Shown here piece after piece: positions 38,183-50,627 of a DNA stretch of 64,000 nucleotides (positions are counted from its first letter, which is position 1; each line of letters starts with the position of its first letter). Both the position numbers and the translations under genes were made by a program. This DNA is from an uncultured Gemmatimonadaceae bacterium. Its GTDB lineage: Bacteria; Gemmatimonadota; Gemmatimonadetes; Gemmatimonadales; Gemmatimonadaceae. The notes under the pieces are model-generated. The model was not told the DNA's origin. It searched no databases and saw nothing but the letters and a program-made list of their open reading frames with translations. The stretch lies in contig CAVUDW010000002.1 of the NCBI GenBank assembly GCA_963740355.1, positions 608,001-672,000 of the forward strand, written 5' to 3'.

Positions 38183-40141
38183 TCAGAATTTCTTCCCAGC
38201 ATGAGAAATAGACTCAGCGCGAAGAAATGCGATCAATGTCAAGAGGGACCACAGTCGCATGCTATTGTCGGCAATGCCCTTCGTGTGCTGGCACCAAAGC
38301 CGTCGTGCGCGGCTGACATCGAGAATCGCTGCCGAGGTAAGTGATGCAGATGACAACAGGTCTTCAGCCCATGGGCGAAGTGGTCCACGCAGCCACGCTG
38401 ACAGAGGTACAGCAAAGCCGCGCTTGGGCCGATCGATGAGCGCTCGTGGCACATACCGATCGAGAAGAATTCGGAGAGGTTGCTTGCCTACGCCCTCGAC
38501 GATCTTGTCAGTACTCGAGATACGCCACGCAAACTCGAAGACCCTATGGTCGAGCAGCGGCGCGCGCGTTTCGAGGCTGAAAGCCATTGCAGCACGATCG
38601 ACCTTCACAAGGATATCGTCCGGCATGTAGCTGAGCGAATCGAAGAGCATTCGCGATTCTGTCACACGCTTGTCTCCAAGCCACGGCCCAACAAGAGTGC
38701 CATCTCTTCCGCGCGCGCGCAGCTGCGGCAGAAGCAAGTCTGCTGGCGCGACTGTATGCGCCAACGTCGCAGCGTACAACGATTGGGCACCCGTGGACTC
38801 GAGGGACGCTCCAAGCCTGGTGAGCGCGTTCGCCGGACGGTGTCCAGATGCCGAATCGCTGCCCGTGATAAGCCTCGCAAGAAAGTCCGGCGGCGGGTCA
38901 GGAATACTGCGAAGCACGGTACCAACGGCTCGTCTCAGCACTGCAGGGCGTGCCCCGGAAAACCGATCTGCCTTGCCGGCGTCCCGATACCAGCTATACC
39001 CCCCAAACAGCTCGTCCCCCCCATCCCCCGACAACGCCACCGTCACATGCTGCCGCGTCATCCGTGACACCAGCAACGTCGGCAACTGCGAGCTATCCGC
39101 CATCGGCTCGTCGTAGATCTGCGGCAACCGTTCCACGAACTCCAAGGCATCCTCGCCCCGCACCATCAACTCCGTATGATCGGTGCCCAGATGCGCCGCT
39201 ACTTCCTTGGCGAATCCGGCTTCGTTGAAGCGTGGATCGTCGAAGCCAATCGTGAAGGTGCGAACCGGCCTCGACGCCTGGGCCTGCATCAGCGCCACGA
39301 TCAGCGATGAATCGATGCCGCCGGACAGGAATGCGCCGAGGGGGACGTCAGCCACCATCTCGTCGTGCACTACCGGGCGCAGCACGCCATCCAGCGCCGT
39401 GGCGATCTCCTCGCTGCTGCCTCTGATGGGGTCCGCGAGCCCGGCGCGGGCGGCGACTTCCGCCGACCAGTAGACGACTTCGCGGGGCGCCTGACCGGCC
39501 TTGATCCGCACCATCGTGCCAGGGCGGACTTTCCGGATGCCTTCATAGATCGAACCCGGCGCCTGGACGTACCCGTGACGCAGGAACTGGGTGACCGACG
39601 CGATGTCGACAGAGGCTTGCCAGCCGGGAAAGGCCCGAAGGGCTTTCAGCTCCGACCCGAAGAGCCAATTCCCTCGGACGTCACCATAAAACAGCGGCTT
39701 CTCGCCGAGCCGGTCGCGAATCAGCCAGAGCTCGCGTTCCTGGCGGTCCCAGACCGCGATCGCGAACATGCCGGCGAACCGGGGGATGCTCGCTTCGATG
39801 CCCCATCGGTCGAAAGCGGCCAGGAGCACTTCGGTGTCGCTGTGCCCTCGAAAGTGGTAACCCGCAAGGCCCAGCTCGGTGCGGATCGGCGCGAAATTGT
39901 ATACCTCGCCGTTGAAGACGATGACATATCGTGCGCTCGCCGCGTGCATTGGCTGGGCGCCGAGCGGGGAGAGATCGATGATCGACAGCCGACGATGGCC
40001 GAGGGCGATCCGGGCGTCGTGATCACACCAGGCGCCATCGGCGTCCGGACCTCGGTGCGCGATCGCGTCGGTCATGGCCTTCACGGCGGACTCAGGCGCG
40101 CCAGCCGACGGCGCACCCAGAAAACCAGCAATCCCACACAT
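38183..40141 (-). CDS. asnB: Asparagine synthase-like amidotransferase 2
   Basis: MCGIAG, HRGPD, RDRLGEKPL, LSGGIDSS, LSGDGGDELFGGY, KVDRAAM, RPKRGF. Confidence 0.93.
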   Translation of the reverse strand: MCGIAGFLGAPSAGAPESAVKAMTDAIAHRGPDADGAWCDHDARIALGHRRLSIIDLSPLGAQPMHAASARYVIVFNGEVYNFAPIRTELGLAGYHFRGHSDTEVLLAAFDRWGIEASIPRFAGMFAIAVWDRQERELWLIRDRLGEKPLFYGDVRGNWLFGSELKALRAFPGWQASVDIASVTQFLRHGYVQAPGSIYEGIRKVRPGTMVRIKAGQAPREVVYWSAEVAARAGLADPIRGSSEEIATALDGVLRPVVHDEMVADVPLGAFLSGGIDSSLIVALMQAQASRPVRTFTIGFDDPRFNEAGFAKEVAAHLGTDHTELMVRGEDALEFVERLPQIYDEPMADSSQLPTLLVSRMTRQHVTVALSGDGGDELFGGYSWYRDAGKADRFSGARPAVLRRAVGTVLRSIPDPPPDFLARLITGSDSASGHRPANALTRLGASLESTGAQSLYAATLAHTVAPADLLLPQLRARGRDGTLVGPWLGDKRVTESRMLFDSLSYMPDDILVKVDRAAMAFSLETRAPLLDHRVFEFAWRISSTDKIVEGVGKQPLRILLDRYVPRALIDRPKRGFAVPLSAWLRGPLRPWAEDLLSSASLTSAAILDVSRARRLWCQHTKGIADNSMRLWSLLTLIAFLRAESISHAGKKF

Positions 40142-40224
40142 ATCGATCAGCGTCCGGAGAGATAGCGAAAGTGGCGGCGACGGGTGGGCGGTCCTCCGAC
40201 CGACCCGAACTGTTGCCACCGACT

Positions 40225-40240
40225 GGCGAGAGCCGTGCCA
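40225..40240 (-). promoter_or_regulatory. Sigma-54 promoter candidate for asnB2-acyltransferase-methyltransferase
   Basis: Minus strand TGGCACGGCTCTCGCC. Confidence 0.6.
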
Positions 40241-40304
40241 CGCCAGTCGAGCGCGCAAGATGCCGACACCACCGGACCCCGACAACATCGCGGCCACACC
40301 ACCG

Positions 40305-40320
40305 TGGCTCGCGTGCTGCA
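40305..40320 (+). promoter_or_regulatory. Sigma-54 promoter candidate upstream of gltA-wzm
   Basis: TGGCTCGCGTGCTGCA = GG-N10-GC. Confidence 0.4.
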
Positions 40321-40468
40321 TGAGTATGTCGCGCTGCTATGTTCGACTAGAGGTTACGCCTCGGCCAGCGTGTCCGCCCAGTTTGGGCCGCAGGCCGTGG
40401 GCGCGGGGTACGAGTGCACGTGCCGGGATCTGCCCAGGCGCGCAACCCTCCAGTGTGGAGACCGCAGG

Positions 40469-41826
<1,358 letters not shown>

Positions 41827-41830
<4 letters not shown>

Positions 41831-42771
41831 CGATGGTGGGGGACGCCGCGACGCCACGCGTGGAGCTGCCGATTCGGCGTACGTCGGTGGCGAAGCACTC
41901 CGGTGGGTTGTCCGCCGCACTGGGCGACCTGACGCAGATGGTGCAGGAGTTGGCGCGCTCGCGTGAGCTGTTGTACCAGCTCACGCGACGCGACATCACG
42001 ATCCGCTATAAGCAGGCCGTGATGGGGTTCGGATGGGCGCTGTTCATGCCGCTGCTGATCGTGTTCAGCGGTCTGGTGGTGCAACTCGCCCTCGCCAACT
42101 TCTCGGGGCGCACGGTGTCGGGCACCGGCCTTGGCGGCATGGCGGTGAAGGCGGTGCCCTGGTCGTTTTTCGTTGGTGCGATCGGGTTCGCCACCAACAG
42201 TCTGGTGGCGAACATGAGCCTCGTCACCAAGGTCGCATTCCCGCGCGCCGTACTGCCGCTCTCCTCCGTGGGGGCGCAGTGCTTCGACTCGGCCATTGCG
42301 ATGGCATCGCTGGTGATCCTGTTGCCGCTGCTCGGCGCAGTCCAGCTGTCATGGGCGCTGTTGTGGGTTCCGGTCCTGCTGTTGCTGCTGGTCGGGTTCA
42401 CCGGGGCCTGCGCGCTCTTCCTCAGCTGCGCCAACCTGTTCTATCGCGATGTGAAGTACATCGTGCAGGTGTTGCTGACGTTCGGGATCTTCTTCACCCC
42501 CGTGTTCTTCGAGCCGGCGATGTTCGGAGCTCGTGGCGCAACGATTGCGATGGTGAATCCAATGTCACCGTTGCTCGAAGGGCTGCGGTTGAGTGTGACG
42601 ATGGGTCACAACCTGCTGGAGCCGCTCTCCACCACCCTGGCGAGCGGTGCCGTGGTAGCGGTGTGGTCGCCATGGTATCTGGCCTATGCCATCGCCGTGA
42701 CGGCGATCGGCCTCCCGGCAGCAGCGCTTCTCTTCTATCGCTCACAGTATGCCTTTGCCGAGTACGTCTGA
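41827..42771 (+). CDS. wzm: ABC-2 polysaccharide exporter permease
   Basis: RELLYQLTRRDITIRYKQAVMGFGW, KVAFPR, YRDVKYI, NPM. Confidence 0.92.
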
Positions 42772-42776
42772 GTGCC

Positions 42777-44027
42777 ATGGCAACTGAACCTGGAATCGTG
42801 TTCGACGGCGTCTGGAAGAAATTCCAGCGCGGTGAACGGCACGACAGCCTCCGCGACCTGATCCCTGCCACGATGCGGCGCCTCGGGCGTCGCGCCGTGC
42901 AGGCGGATGAGTTGGACGCGGGTGATTTCTGGGTGGTGCGCGACATGTCGTTCACCGTGCGACCCGGTGAATGCCTCGGCATCATCGGTGGCAACGGGGC
43001 GGGCAAGAGCACGACGCTGAAGTTGCTCACCGGCATCCTGCGACCGACGCGGGGCTCGATCGAGGTGGTTGGACGCGTAGGCTCCCTGATCGAGGTCTCG
43101 GCGGGATTTCACCCCGACCTGTCTGGGCGCGAGAACGTGTTCCTCCAGGGCGCGATCATGGGCATGAGTCACGCCACTATTCGGCGCCGCTTCGACGAAA
43201 TCGTCGCCTTTGCGGGCGTTGGCGAGTTCATCGACATGGCAGTGAAGCGCTACTCGAGCGGCATGAACGCCAGGCTGGGCTTCGCGATTGCCGCGCATCT
43301 CGATCCCGATGTGCTGATCATCGACGAAGTGCTGGCCGTGGGTGACATCGGCTTCCAGCAACGTGCCTTCGGCCGGTTGATGGAGCTGACGCGCAGTGGG
43401 ATGCCAGTGGTGATCGTCTCGCATCAGTTGGATCGTGTGCTGCAGATGTGCACGACTGCCTTGCTGCTGAAGAGCGGGGAAGTGATGCGTGTGGGTGAGC
43501 CGCGTGATGTGATTGCCGAGTACTTCGTGGGAAGTACGGCGTCCACCGATGGTGCCGAGCTGACGCCGGATGCGCCATACGAGATCCTCGAGGCGACGAT
43601 TGCGTCACCTGCTGTCGGCTCCGGCGAATTTCTCGATGTGACGATCACCTGTCGTCGCTTGCCGGATCGTCCGCTGCAGGGCGACGAGAGTGTAGGCGTG
43701 GCGTTGGTGTCCTTGGCCGGCGCGACCAATGTGGCAGCATTCGGGTCGCGCAATGTGCCGATCGCATTGCCGGCGCATGGTACGTTCCGGCTGTTGTTGC
43801 GGGTGCAGGCGAATGTCGCGCCAGGGCCATACAGCATCGACACCTGGGTCTGGTCCACACATGATGCGACGTATCGCGGGCCACGCCTGTCGCTGGATGT
43901 CACCCCGACCACGATCTTCGACGGCACTGTGCAGCTGAACCCGACAATGTCGTTGATCCCCGTGGGAAATGAGGCCGGACATGTCGTCCCTGGTTTCATA
44001 GACGACCTGACCCAGAAAGCGAGCTGA
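42777..44027 (+). CDS. wzt: ABC polysaccharide exporter ATPase with C-terminal Wzt_C-like domain
   Basis: [37 protein letters not shown]. Confidence 0.93.
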   Translation: MATEPGIVFDGVWKKFQRGERHDSLRDLIPATMRRLGRRAVQADELDAGDFWVVRDMSFTVRPGECLGIIGGNGAGKSTTLKLLTGILRPTRGSIEVVGRVGSLIEVSAGFHPDLSGRENVFLQGAIMGMSHATIRRRFDEIVAFAGVGEFIDMAVKRYSSGMNARLGFAIAAHLDPDVLIIDEVLAVGDIGFQQRAFGRLMELTRSGMPVVIVSHQLDRVLQMCTTALLLKSGEVMRVGEPRDVIAEYFVGSTASTDGAELTPDAPYEILEATIASPAVGSGEFLDVTITCRRLPDRPLQGDESVGVALVSLAGATNVAAFGSRNVPIALPAHGTFRLLLRVQANVAPGPYSIDTWVWSTHDATYRGPRLSLDVTPTTIFDGTVQLNPTMSLIPVGNEAGHVVPGFIDDLTQKAS

Positions 44028-44034
44028 TTACCTC

Positions 44035-44931
44035 ATGAGCATCTCGAACAACCGGCGCGGCATCGTCCTCGCTGGCGGCTCAGGCACGCGGCTCTATCCC
44101 ATCACGCAGGCCGTCAGCAAGCAGCTGCTACCTGTGTATGACAAGCCGATGATCTATTACCCGCTCACCACGCTGATGCTGGCGCAGGTGCGCGATGTGT
44201 TGCTGATCACGACACCGCACGAGCAGGCGCTGTTTCAGCGGCTGCTGGGTGATGGCTCACAATGGGGCATGTCGATCCAGTATGCCGTGCAGCCGTCGCC
44301 CGATGGGCTCGCTCAGGCGTTCATCATCGGCCGTGAGTTCGTGGCGGGGAAGCCGAGCTGCCTGGTGCTGGGTGACAACATCTTCTACGGCCACGATCTG
44401 TCCGCGGCGCTGCAGCGGACGAATCAGCGTGAAGGTGGAGCCACGATCTTTGGGTATCGGGTAAGCGATGCGACGCAGTACGGCGTGGTGGAATTCGATG
44501 CCACCGGACGAGCCATCGGCATCGAAGAGAAACCCAAGGTGCCGCGGTCGAACTATGCGGTGACCGGCCTCTATTTCTACGACCATCGGGTGTGCGACAT
44601 CGCAGCGGCAATTCGGCCATCGGCGCGCGGTGAACTCGAGATCACCGACGTCAATCGCGCCTATCTCGACCTTGGACTGCTGAACGTCGAGATGCTGGGG
44701 CGTGGCACGGCCTGGCTCGACACGGGGTCACACGAATCGTTGTTGCAGGCGGGCCAGTTCATCGAGACGATCGAACAGCGGCAAGGCTTGAAGGTGGCCT
44801 GCCCTGAAGAAATCGCCTGGCGCCTGGGGTGGATCGACGACGCCCAGGTCGAGAAGCTGAGTGCACCGTTGCTCAAGACCGGCTACGGGCGCTACCTGCG
44901 TGCCATGCTGCTGGAGGAACGCTCGTCATGA
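44035..44931 (+). CDS. rmlA: Glucose-1-phosphate thymidylyltransferase
   Basis: [38 protein letters not shown]. Confidence 0.97.
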   Translation: MSISNNRRGIVLAGGSGTRLYPITQAVSKQLLPVYDKPMIYYPLTTLMLAQVRDVLLITTPHEQALFQRLLGDGSQWGMSIQYAVQPSPDGLAQAFIIGREFVAGKPSCLVLGDNIFYGHDLSAALQRTNQREGGATIFGYRVSDATQYGVVEFDATGRAIGIEEKPKVPRSNYAVTGLYFYDHRVCDIAAAIRPSARGELEITDVNRAYLDLGLLNVEMLGRGTAWLDTGSHESLLQAGQFIETIEQRQGLKVACPEEIAWRLGWIDDAQVEKLSAPLLKTGYGRYLRAMLLEERSS

Positions 44932-45476
44932 AGGTGACACCACTGGCGATCCCTGATGTCTGCCTGATCGAGCCTCAGGTGTTCGGCGATGCACGCGGTT
45001 TCCTGCTCGTGCCGTGGAACGATGACGTGTTCCGCCGTGAAGTTGCGGACGTGGGATTCGTGCAGGACAACCACAGCCGCTCGCGCCGCAACACGTTGCG
45101 TGGCTTGCACTTTCAGGCCGAACACACGCAGGGGAAATTGGTGCGGTGCGCGGTCGGCAGGATCTGGGATGTCGCGGTCGACATCCGGCGCTCGTCGCCG
45201 ACGTTCGGGCAGTGGGTCGCTGCCGAGCTCTCGGACGAGAATCATCACCAGCTCTGGGTTCCCGCCGGATTCGCACACGGCTTCCTCGTGCTGTCGGAAT
45301 CGGCAGACCTGCACTACAAGGTGACGGACCGCTATCACCCGGCCAGCGAGCGCACGTTGCAGTGGGACGATCCCGACGTAGCCATCACCTGGCCGCTGGA
45401 TGCTGGCGTCGCGCCGCTCCTTTCGCCGAAGGATGCGGCGGGCACGCTGCTGGCCTCGCTGGAGCCGCTACCATGA
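44928..45476 (+). CDS. rmlC: dTDP-4-dehydrorhamnose 3,5-epimerase
   Basis: DARGF, FVQDNHS, LRGLHFQ, GFAHGF. Confidence 0.95.
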   Translation: MKVTPLAIPDVCLIEPQVFGDARGFLLVPWNDDVFRREVADVGFVQDNHSRSRRNTLRGLHFQAEHTQGKLVRCAVGRIWDVAVDIRRSSPTFGQWVAAELSDENHHQLWVPAGFAHGFLVLSESADLHYKVTDRYHPASERTLQWDDPDVAITWPLDAGVAPLLSPKDAAGTLLASLEPLP

Positions 45477-46348
45477 CGCGCCCGATCATGATCACGGGCG
45501 CCGCCGGCCAGCTTGGCTATGAGCTGCAACGCACCGCACCGGCCGGCACGACGGTCCTTGCCGTCGACATCGACACACTCGATCTCACGGCACCAAGCGC
45601 GGTCGAGGCGTTCATTGCCGCACATCGTCCCTCGACGATCATCAATGGTGCCGCGTACACCGCCGTGGATCGCGCCGAGGAACAACCCGCGTTGGCTCGT
45701 GCGGTGAATGTGGAGGCCGCAGCGACGCTGGCGGAGTCCGCGCGGCGACATGATGCGCGCGTGATCCAGATCTCGACGGATTTCGTGTTCGGTGGAAGCA
45801 CGGCGCACCCATGGTTGCCGACCGATCGGACGAGTCCAGAATCTGTATATGGCTGGACCAAGCGCGATGGAGAGCAGGCGGTGCTCTCGACGCTCGGCAC
45901 CGGTGCCCTGGTCATTCGGACCGCGTGGCTCTATTCCGCGCACGGCGGAAACTTCGTGAAGACGATGCTGCGCCTGATGGCGGAACGCGACGAGGTCCGC
46001 GTGATCTCTGATCAGGTGGGCACACCGACCTGGGCCAACTCCCTCGCACACACTGTCTGGTCAGCGGTCGCAAAGCCGGACGTGTCGGGAATCCTGCACT
46101 GGACTGACGCCGGCGTTGCGAGTTGGTACGACTTCGCGCTTGCGATTCAGGAGGAGGCAGCGGCGCTGGGGCTGCTCAACCGCGCCGTGCCGGTGCTGGC
46201 GATTCCGACCACCGACTACCCCACGCCCGCGAAACGACCGTCCTACAGTGTGCTCGACAAGAGCGAGACGGTGCGCCTGCTCGGCGAAACGCCGGTGCAC
46301 TGGCGGGTGAACCTTCGTCACATGCTCGCCGAACTTGCCCATGCGTAA
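45473..46348 (+). CDS. rmlD: dTDP-4-dehydrorhamnose reductase
   Basis: TGAAGQLG, AAYTAVDRAE, ISTDFVF, YGWTK, DQVGTPT. Confidence 0.95.
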   Translation: MTRPIMITGAAGQLGYELQRTAPAGTTVLAVDIDTLDLTAPSAVEAFIAAHRPSTIINGAAYTAVDRAEEQPALARAVNVEAAATLAESARRHDARVIQISTDFVFGGSTAHPWLPTDRTSPESVYGWTKRDGEQAVLSTLGTGALVIRTAWLYSAHGGNFVKTMLRLMAERDEVRVISDQVGTPTWANSLAHTVWSAVAKPDVSGILHWTDAGVASWYDFALAIQEEAAALGLLNRAVPVLAIPTTDYPTPAKRPSYSVLDKSETVRLLGETPVHWRVNLRHMLAELAHA

Positions 46349-47444
46349 ACTGCTCGTGACCGGGGGCGCCGGATTTATCGGTTCAAACTTCGTGCAGCAC
46401 TGGTTGTCCACGCATGACCAGACGTTGGTCGTGGTGCTGGATGCATTGACGTACGCCGGAAACCTTGCCAGCCTTGCCTCTGTGCTGGACGATCCGCGCC
46501 TCATGTTCGTGCACGGTGACATCACCACCGAAGGTTTGGCCGCGCAGTTGTTGCGCGAGCACCAGCTGGACACGATCGTGCACTTCGCCGCCGAGTCGCA
46601 TGTGGACCGTTCGATTCATGGTCCCGATGCCTTCGTGACCACGAACGTCTTCGGCACGCACGAACTGTTGAAGGCGGCGCGTCAGGTCTGGCAGGTGGAA
46701 CAGGCGGTGCCCGGGCCGCACCGCTTTCACCATGTCTCCACCGACGAAGTGTACGGCTCGCTGGGTCCCGACGATGCGGCATTCACCGAGACCACGGCGT
46801 ACGCTCCGAACTCGCCGTACTCCGCCACGAAGGCGGCGTCAGATCACCTGGTGCGAGCCTATCACCACACCTTTGGCCTTCCGGTCACGACCAGCAACTG
46901 TTCCAACAACTACGGCCCGTTTCACTTTCCGGAAAAGCTGATCCCGTTGCTGATCGTGAACATCCTCGGCGGCAAGCCGCTGCCGGTGTATGGCGATGGC
47001 CGGAATGTTCGTGACTGGTTGTACGTGCGCGATCATGCGCGCGCGATCGAGGTCGTGATCGAGCGCGGCCGCGATGGCGAGGTGTACAACGTGGGCGGCA
47101 AGAACGAGTGGGCGAACATCGACATCGTGCGCCTCGTCTGTTCGCTGGTCGATGCGGCCGTGTCGGCCGATACGTCGCTCGCTGCACGGTTCCCGGATAC
47201 GCCTGCAGCACGCGGGGCGAGCTCGACGGAGCTGATCACGTTCGTGACGGATCGGCCCGGCCACGATCGGCGCTACGCGATTGACGCCAGCAAGATCGAG
47301 AGCGAGCTCGGCTTTACGCCAGATGAGTCCTTCGAGAGCGGTATTCGGCGCACCGTGACCTGGTTTCTCGAGAATGAAGCGTGGTGGCGGGCCGTGATGG
47401 ACGGCAGTTACCGGCAATGGATCGAGCAGAACTACACGAAGTAG
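46341..47444 (+). CDS. rmlB: dTDP-glucose 4,6-dehydratase
   Basis: VTGGAGFIGS, HFAAESHVDRS, STDEVYG, PYSATK, DRPGHDRRYA. Confidence 0.97.
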   Translation: MRKLLVTGGAGFIGSNFVQHWLSTHDQTLVVVLDALTYAGNLASLASVLDDPRLMFVHGDITTEGLAAQLLREHQLDTIVHFAAESHVDRSIHGPDAFVTTNVFGTHELLKAARQVWQVEQAVPGPHRFHHVSTDEVYGSLGPDDAAFTETTAYAPNSPYSATKAASDHLVRAYHHTFGLPVTTSNCSNNYGPFHFPEKLIPLLIVNILGGKPLPVYGDGRNVRDWLYVRDHARAIEVVIERGRDGEVYNVGGKNEWANIDIVRLVCSLVDAAVSADTSLAARFPDTPAARGASSTELITFVTDRPGHDRRYAIDASKIESELGFTPDESFESGIRRTVTWFLENEAWWRAVMDGSYRQWIEQNYTK

Positions 47445-47477
47445 CCAGTCTCGCCGAGCAATCGGATAGGTGTTGGG

Positions 47478-47493
47478 TGGCCCAGACCATGCA
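47478..47493 (+). promoter_or_regulatory. Sigma-54 promoter candidate
   Basis: TGGCCCAGACCATGCA, in a ~95-nt gap; GC 50 nt before the TTG at 47541; resembles the PEP-CTERM 3 box. Confidence 0.6.
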
Positions 47494-47540
47494 AGGCAAG
47501 CGGTTGATATACTGAGCTACCCTGCGACGGAGCACGACAA

Positions 47541-48311
47541 TTGACGGATGTACTGGTTCCGGAGTCGCCGGTTGCGCCTGGCGAAGGCACGGGCGGCTTC
47601 CTTGCGAGCGCCCCAAACCCATATCGCTACGATGGTAATCATGACCTCGATCCGCTCGAGGTCAGTGGCATCATTGCGAACCTGGTGCCACGCGGTGCTC
47701 GCGTGCTCGATGTGGGTTGTGGCACGGGCGCCCTATCAGTGTTGCTTCGCGACGCACGTGGCGCCGCTGTGGTCGGTGTCGAACCGGACGCGGCGCGGGC
47801 CGCCCGTGCCCGTGAGCGCGGGATCGAGGCGGTGACTGGCGTACTGTCGGAATCCCTGCATGAAACGCTCGGGCTCTTCGACGTTGCGGTGTACGCGGAT
47901 GTGCTCGAGCACCTGGTTGACCCGCTGGCGGAGCTGGTGAAGGTCCGGCCGTTCCTCAAGCCCACTGGCGTAGTGGTAATCTCGGTGCCGAACGTGGCGC
48001 ACTGGTCCGTGCGCTACGATCTGTTCTTCGGCCGCTTTCGCTACGCCGAGGTCGGCATCATGGACGCGACCCATCTTCGCTGGTTCACCGAAGAGACGTT
48101 GCGCCAGTTGCTCGATCAGGCCGGCATCGACGTGCTGAGCATCGAACGCACGGCCGGGGTCACGCTTCCCTGCTATTGGCACACCCCGACGAAGTACATC
48201 CCGTCACGGTTGCGCGATGTGCTGGTGCGGCGTGCGTCACGATGGTTTCCCCGCCTGTTCGGTGGCCAGCATGTCGTGGCGGGACGATTCCGTTCTGGGC
48301 GGCAGTCATGA
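47541..48311 (+). CDS. Class I SAM methyltransferase (glycan-locus type)
   Basis: VLDVGCGTG, ADVLEHL.DP, SVPNVAH, MDATHLRWFT. Confidence 0.88.
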   Translation: MTDVLVPESPVAPGEGTGGFLASAPNPYRYDGNHDLDPLEVSGIIANLVPRGARVLDVGCGTGALSVLLRDARGAAVVGVEPDAARAARARERGIEAVTGVLSESLHETLGLFDVAVYADVLEHLVDPLAELVKVRPFLKPTGVVVISVPNVAHWSVRYDLFFGRFRYAEVGIMDATHLRWFTEETLRQLLDQAGIDVLSIERTAGVTLPCYWHTPTKYIPSRLRDVLVRRASRWFPRLFGGQHVVAGRFRSGRQS

Positions 48312-49485
48312 TGCCATCAACTGCAGCTGCGCCGTCAGGAGAGTCGACGCCGCAGCCTGCGCGGCCGCGGCTGGTGGCGTTCTACCTGCCCCAGTTCCAT
48401 CCAACACCGGAGAACGATGCCTGGTGGGGGCGCGGTTTTACGGAATGGACCAATGTCGCGCGCGCGACGCCGCTGTTCGCCGGTCATACGCAGCCTCGGC
48501 GTCCGGCGGATCTTGGTTTCTACGATCTCCGACTTCCAGACACGCGAGCCGCACAAGCGGAACTGGCGCAGCAGTACGGCATCGAGGCGTTCTGCTACTA
48601 CCACTACTGGTTTCACGGCAAGCGCCTGTTGCATCGTCCCTTCGACGATGTGCTGTCGAGTGGCGAGCCGGATTTTCCGTTCTGTCTCTGCTGGGCCAAC
48701 GAGCCGTGGGGCCGCTCGTGGACGGGCAACGACCAGCAGCTGTTGATGCCGCAGGAGTATTCGCCCGCCGATGACGTGGAACATGCAAGATTCCTCGCCA
48801 ATGCGTTCGCTGATCCACGCTATTTGCGCACGGGCGGGCGCCCGGTGTTCCTCATCTACCGTCCGTCGCACCTGTCGGCGCCGGCGGCCACGATCGATGC
48901 CATTCGACTGGGCTCGGTTCGCGAAGGACTTGCCGGATCCGTACATCGTCTTGTGCGATGGCCATGAGGCGGGCGGTGACCTGCGCGGCCGCTACGGTGC
49001 GGACATGACGCTGCGATACGAGCCGCAGCTGTCGGCACTGCCGGGTGGGCTGGGCGAGATTGTCGTCGTGGCAGCGGGTGAGGGCGAACATGCAGATATG
49101 CGAGCGAACTGTCGTCGTCGCTTCGACTGTACGATTACTCGCGCGCTCGTTCACTGATGCGCGACGTGAAGTCCGTGGGCCCGTCGATTCGTACGGTGCT
49201 CGTGCGCTGGGACAACTCGCCGCGTCGTGGTGCACGTGGCATCGTGATGACCGGATCGACGCCCAGCGGCCTTCGGCACCGAGCTGCGGAGCCGAGCTGG
49301 CACGGCCGGACTGGAACAACTCGGGGAGCGACCTGCTCTTCCTCAACGCGTGGAATGAGTGGGCAGAGGGCAACTACCTCGAGCCGGATGAAGAATTCGG
49401 TCACGCCTTCCTCGAGGAGGTGCGTGATGCGCTCGCGGCATACGACATCGACGTGCGTCGCGATGTAGTGGCGGTGCACGCATGA
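48308..49485 (+). CDS. WbsX / GH99-like domain protein 1, with several frameshifts at ~48925-49330 (error or pseudogene)
   Basis: [26 protein letters not shown]; later frames give WDNSPRR and [16 protein letters not shown]. Confidence 0.8.
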
Positions 49486-50627
49486 CCGGAATCGCCGAAG
49501 CCACCACGGAGCAGGCCGTCGGCGATCGGCAGGCTGGATTGCGCGCGCTGGCGATCTACTTGCCGCAGTTCCACCCGGTGCCGGAGAACGACGCGTGGTG
49601 GGGACGTGGCTTCACCGAGTGGACGAATGTCACCCGGGCGCGACCGCAATTTCCGGGGCACTACCAGCCGCACCTCCCGGCTGACATGGGCTACTACGAC
49701 CTTCGCGTGCCCGAAGTGCGATTCGCCCAGGCGGAGCTGGCGAAGCAGTACGGCATTCACGGCTTCTGCTACTACCACTACTGGTTCACAGGCCGTCGAA
49801 TTCTCGAGCGCCCGTTCAGCGAGGTGCTCGCGAGTGGTGAGCCTGATTTCCCGTTCCTGCTCTGTTGGGCGAACGAGAACTGGACGCGTCGCTGGGATGG
49901 GCACGATCACGAGGTGCTGCTGCATCAGGAGTATTCGGCGGAGGATGACATCAACCACATCCGCTCGCTCTTCCCTGTATTCAGCGATTCCCGCTACATC
50001 CGGATCGATGGGAAGCCGGTGTTCATGGTGTACCGCACCGGCCTGTTGCCGGAGCCTGCACGCACCACGGACCGGTGGCGCACCGAGGCCCTGCGTGCGG
50101 GGATCGGTGAGCTGTACCTGATTCGTGTCGAAAGTCATTGGCGAAACCCGCGGCCCGAAGATCTCGGGTTCGATGCCGCGATGCCGTTCGCACCGGACTG
50201 GCACATCCTGCCACCGGCGCGACGCGCACCACCGCTCGAGCGCATTCTTCGCCGCTTGCGGTTGCATGAACCGTATCTCGAACGGCAGGGTGTGTACTCG
50301 TACGAGGAACTGGCGAAGGCGATGCTGGCGCAGCCGGATGCAGGCTATTTGCGCTACCCGTGTGTGACGCCGATGTGGGACAACTCCGCGCGCCGCAAGC
50401 AGCGTGGCGCCGCAATCTTCGACGGATCGACGCCCGAGCTCTATCGTCGGTGGCTGGGCGATGCGGTGGCGCGGTTCGCGCCGCCCTCGCCGGATGAGAA
50501 CCTGATTTTCATCAATGCCTGGAATGAGTGGGCCGAGGGGAATCATCTCGAGCCATGCCAGAAGTGGGGCACCGCGTACCTCGAGGCGACGCACGACGTG
50601 CTGTCGCGCGCCGCGGTGGGCCGCTGA
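49482..50627 (+). CDS. WbsX / GH99-like domain protein 2
   Basis: [44 protein letters not shown]. Confidence 0.9.
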   Translation: MTGIAEATTEQAVGDRQAGLRALAIYLPQFHPVPENDAWWGRGFTEWTNVTRARPQFPGHYQPHLPADMGYYDLRVPEVRFAQAELAKQYGIHGFCYYHYWFTGRRILERPFSEVLASGEPDFPFLLCWANENWTRRWDGHDHEVLLHQEYSAEDDINHIRSLFPVFSDSRYIRIDGKPVFMVYRTGLLPEPARTTDRWRTEALRAGIGELYLIRVESHWRNPRPEDLGFDAAMPFAPDWHILPPARRAPPLERILRRLRLHEPYLERQGVYSYEELAKAMLAQPDAGYLRYPCVTPMWDNSARRKQRGAAIFDGSTPELYRRWLGDAVARFAPPSPDENLIFINAWNEWAEGNHLEPCQKWGTAYLEATHDVLSRAAVGR

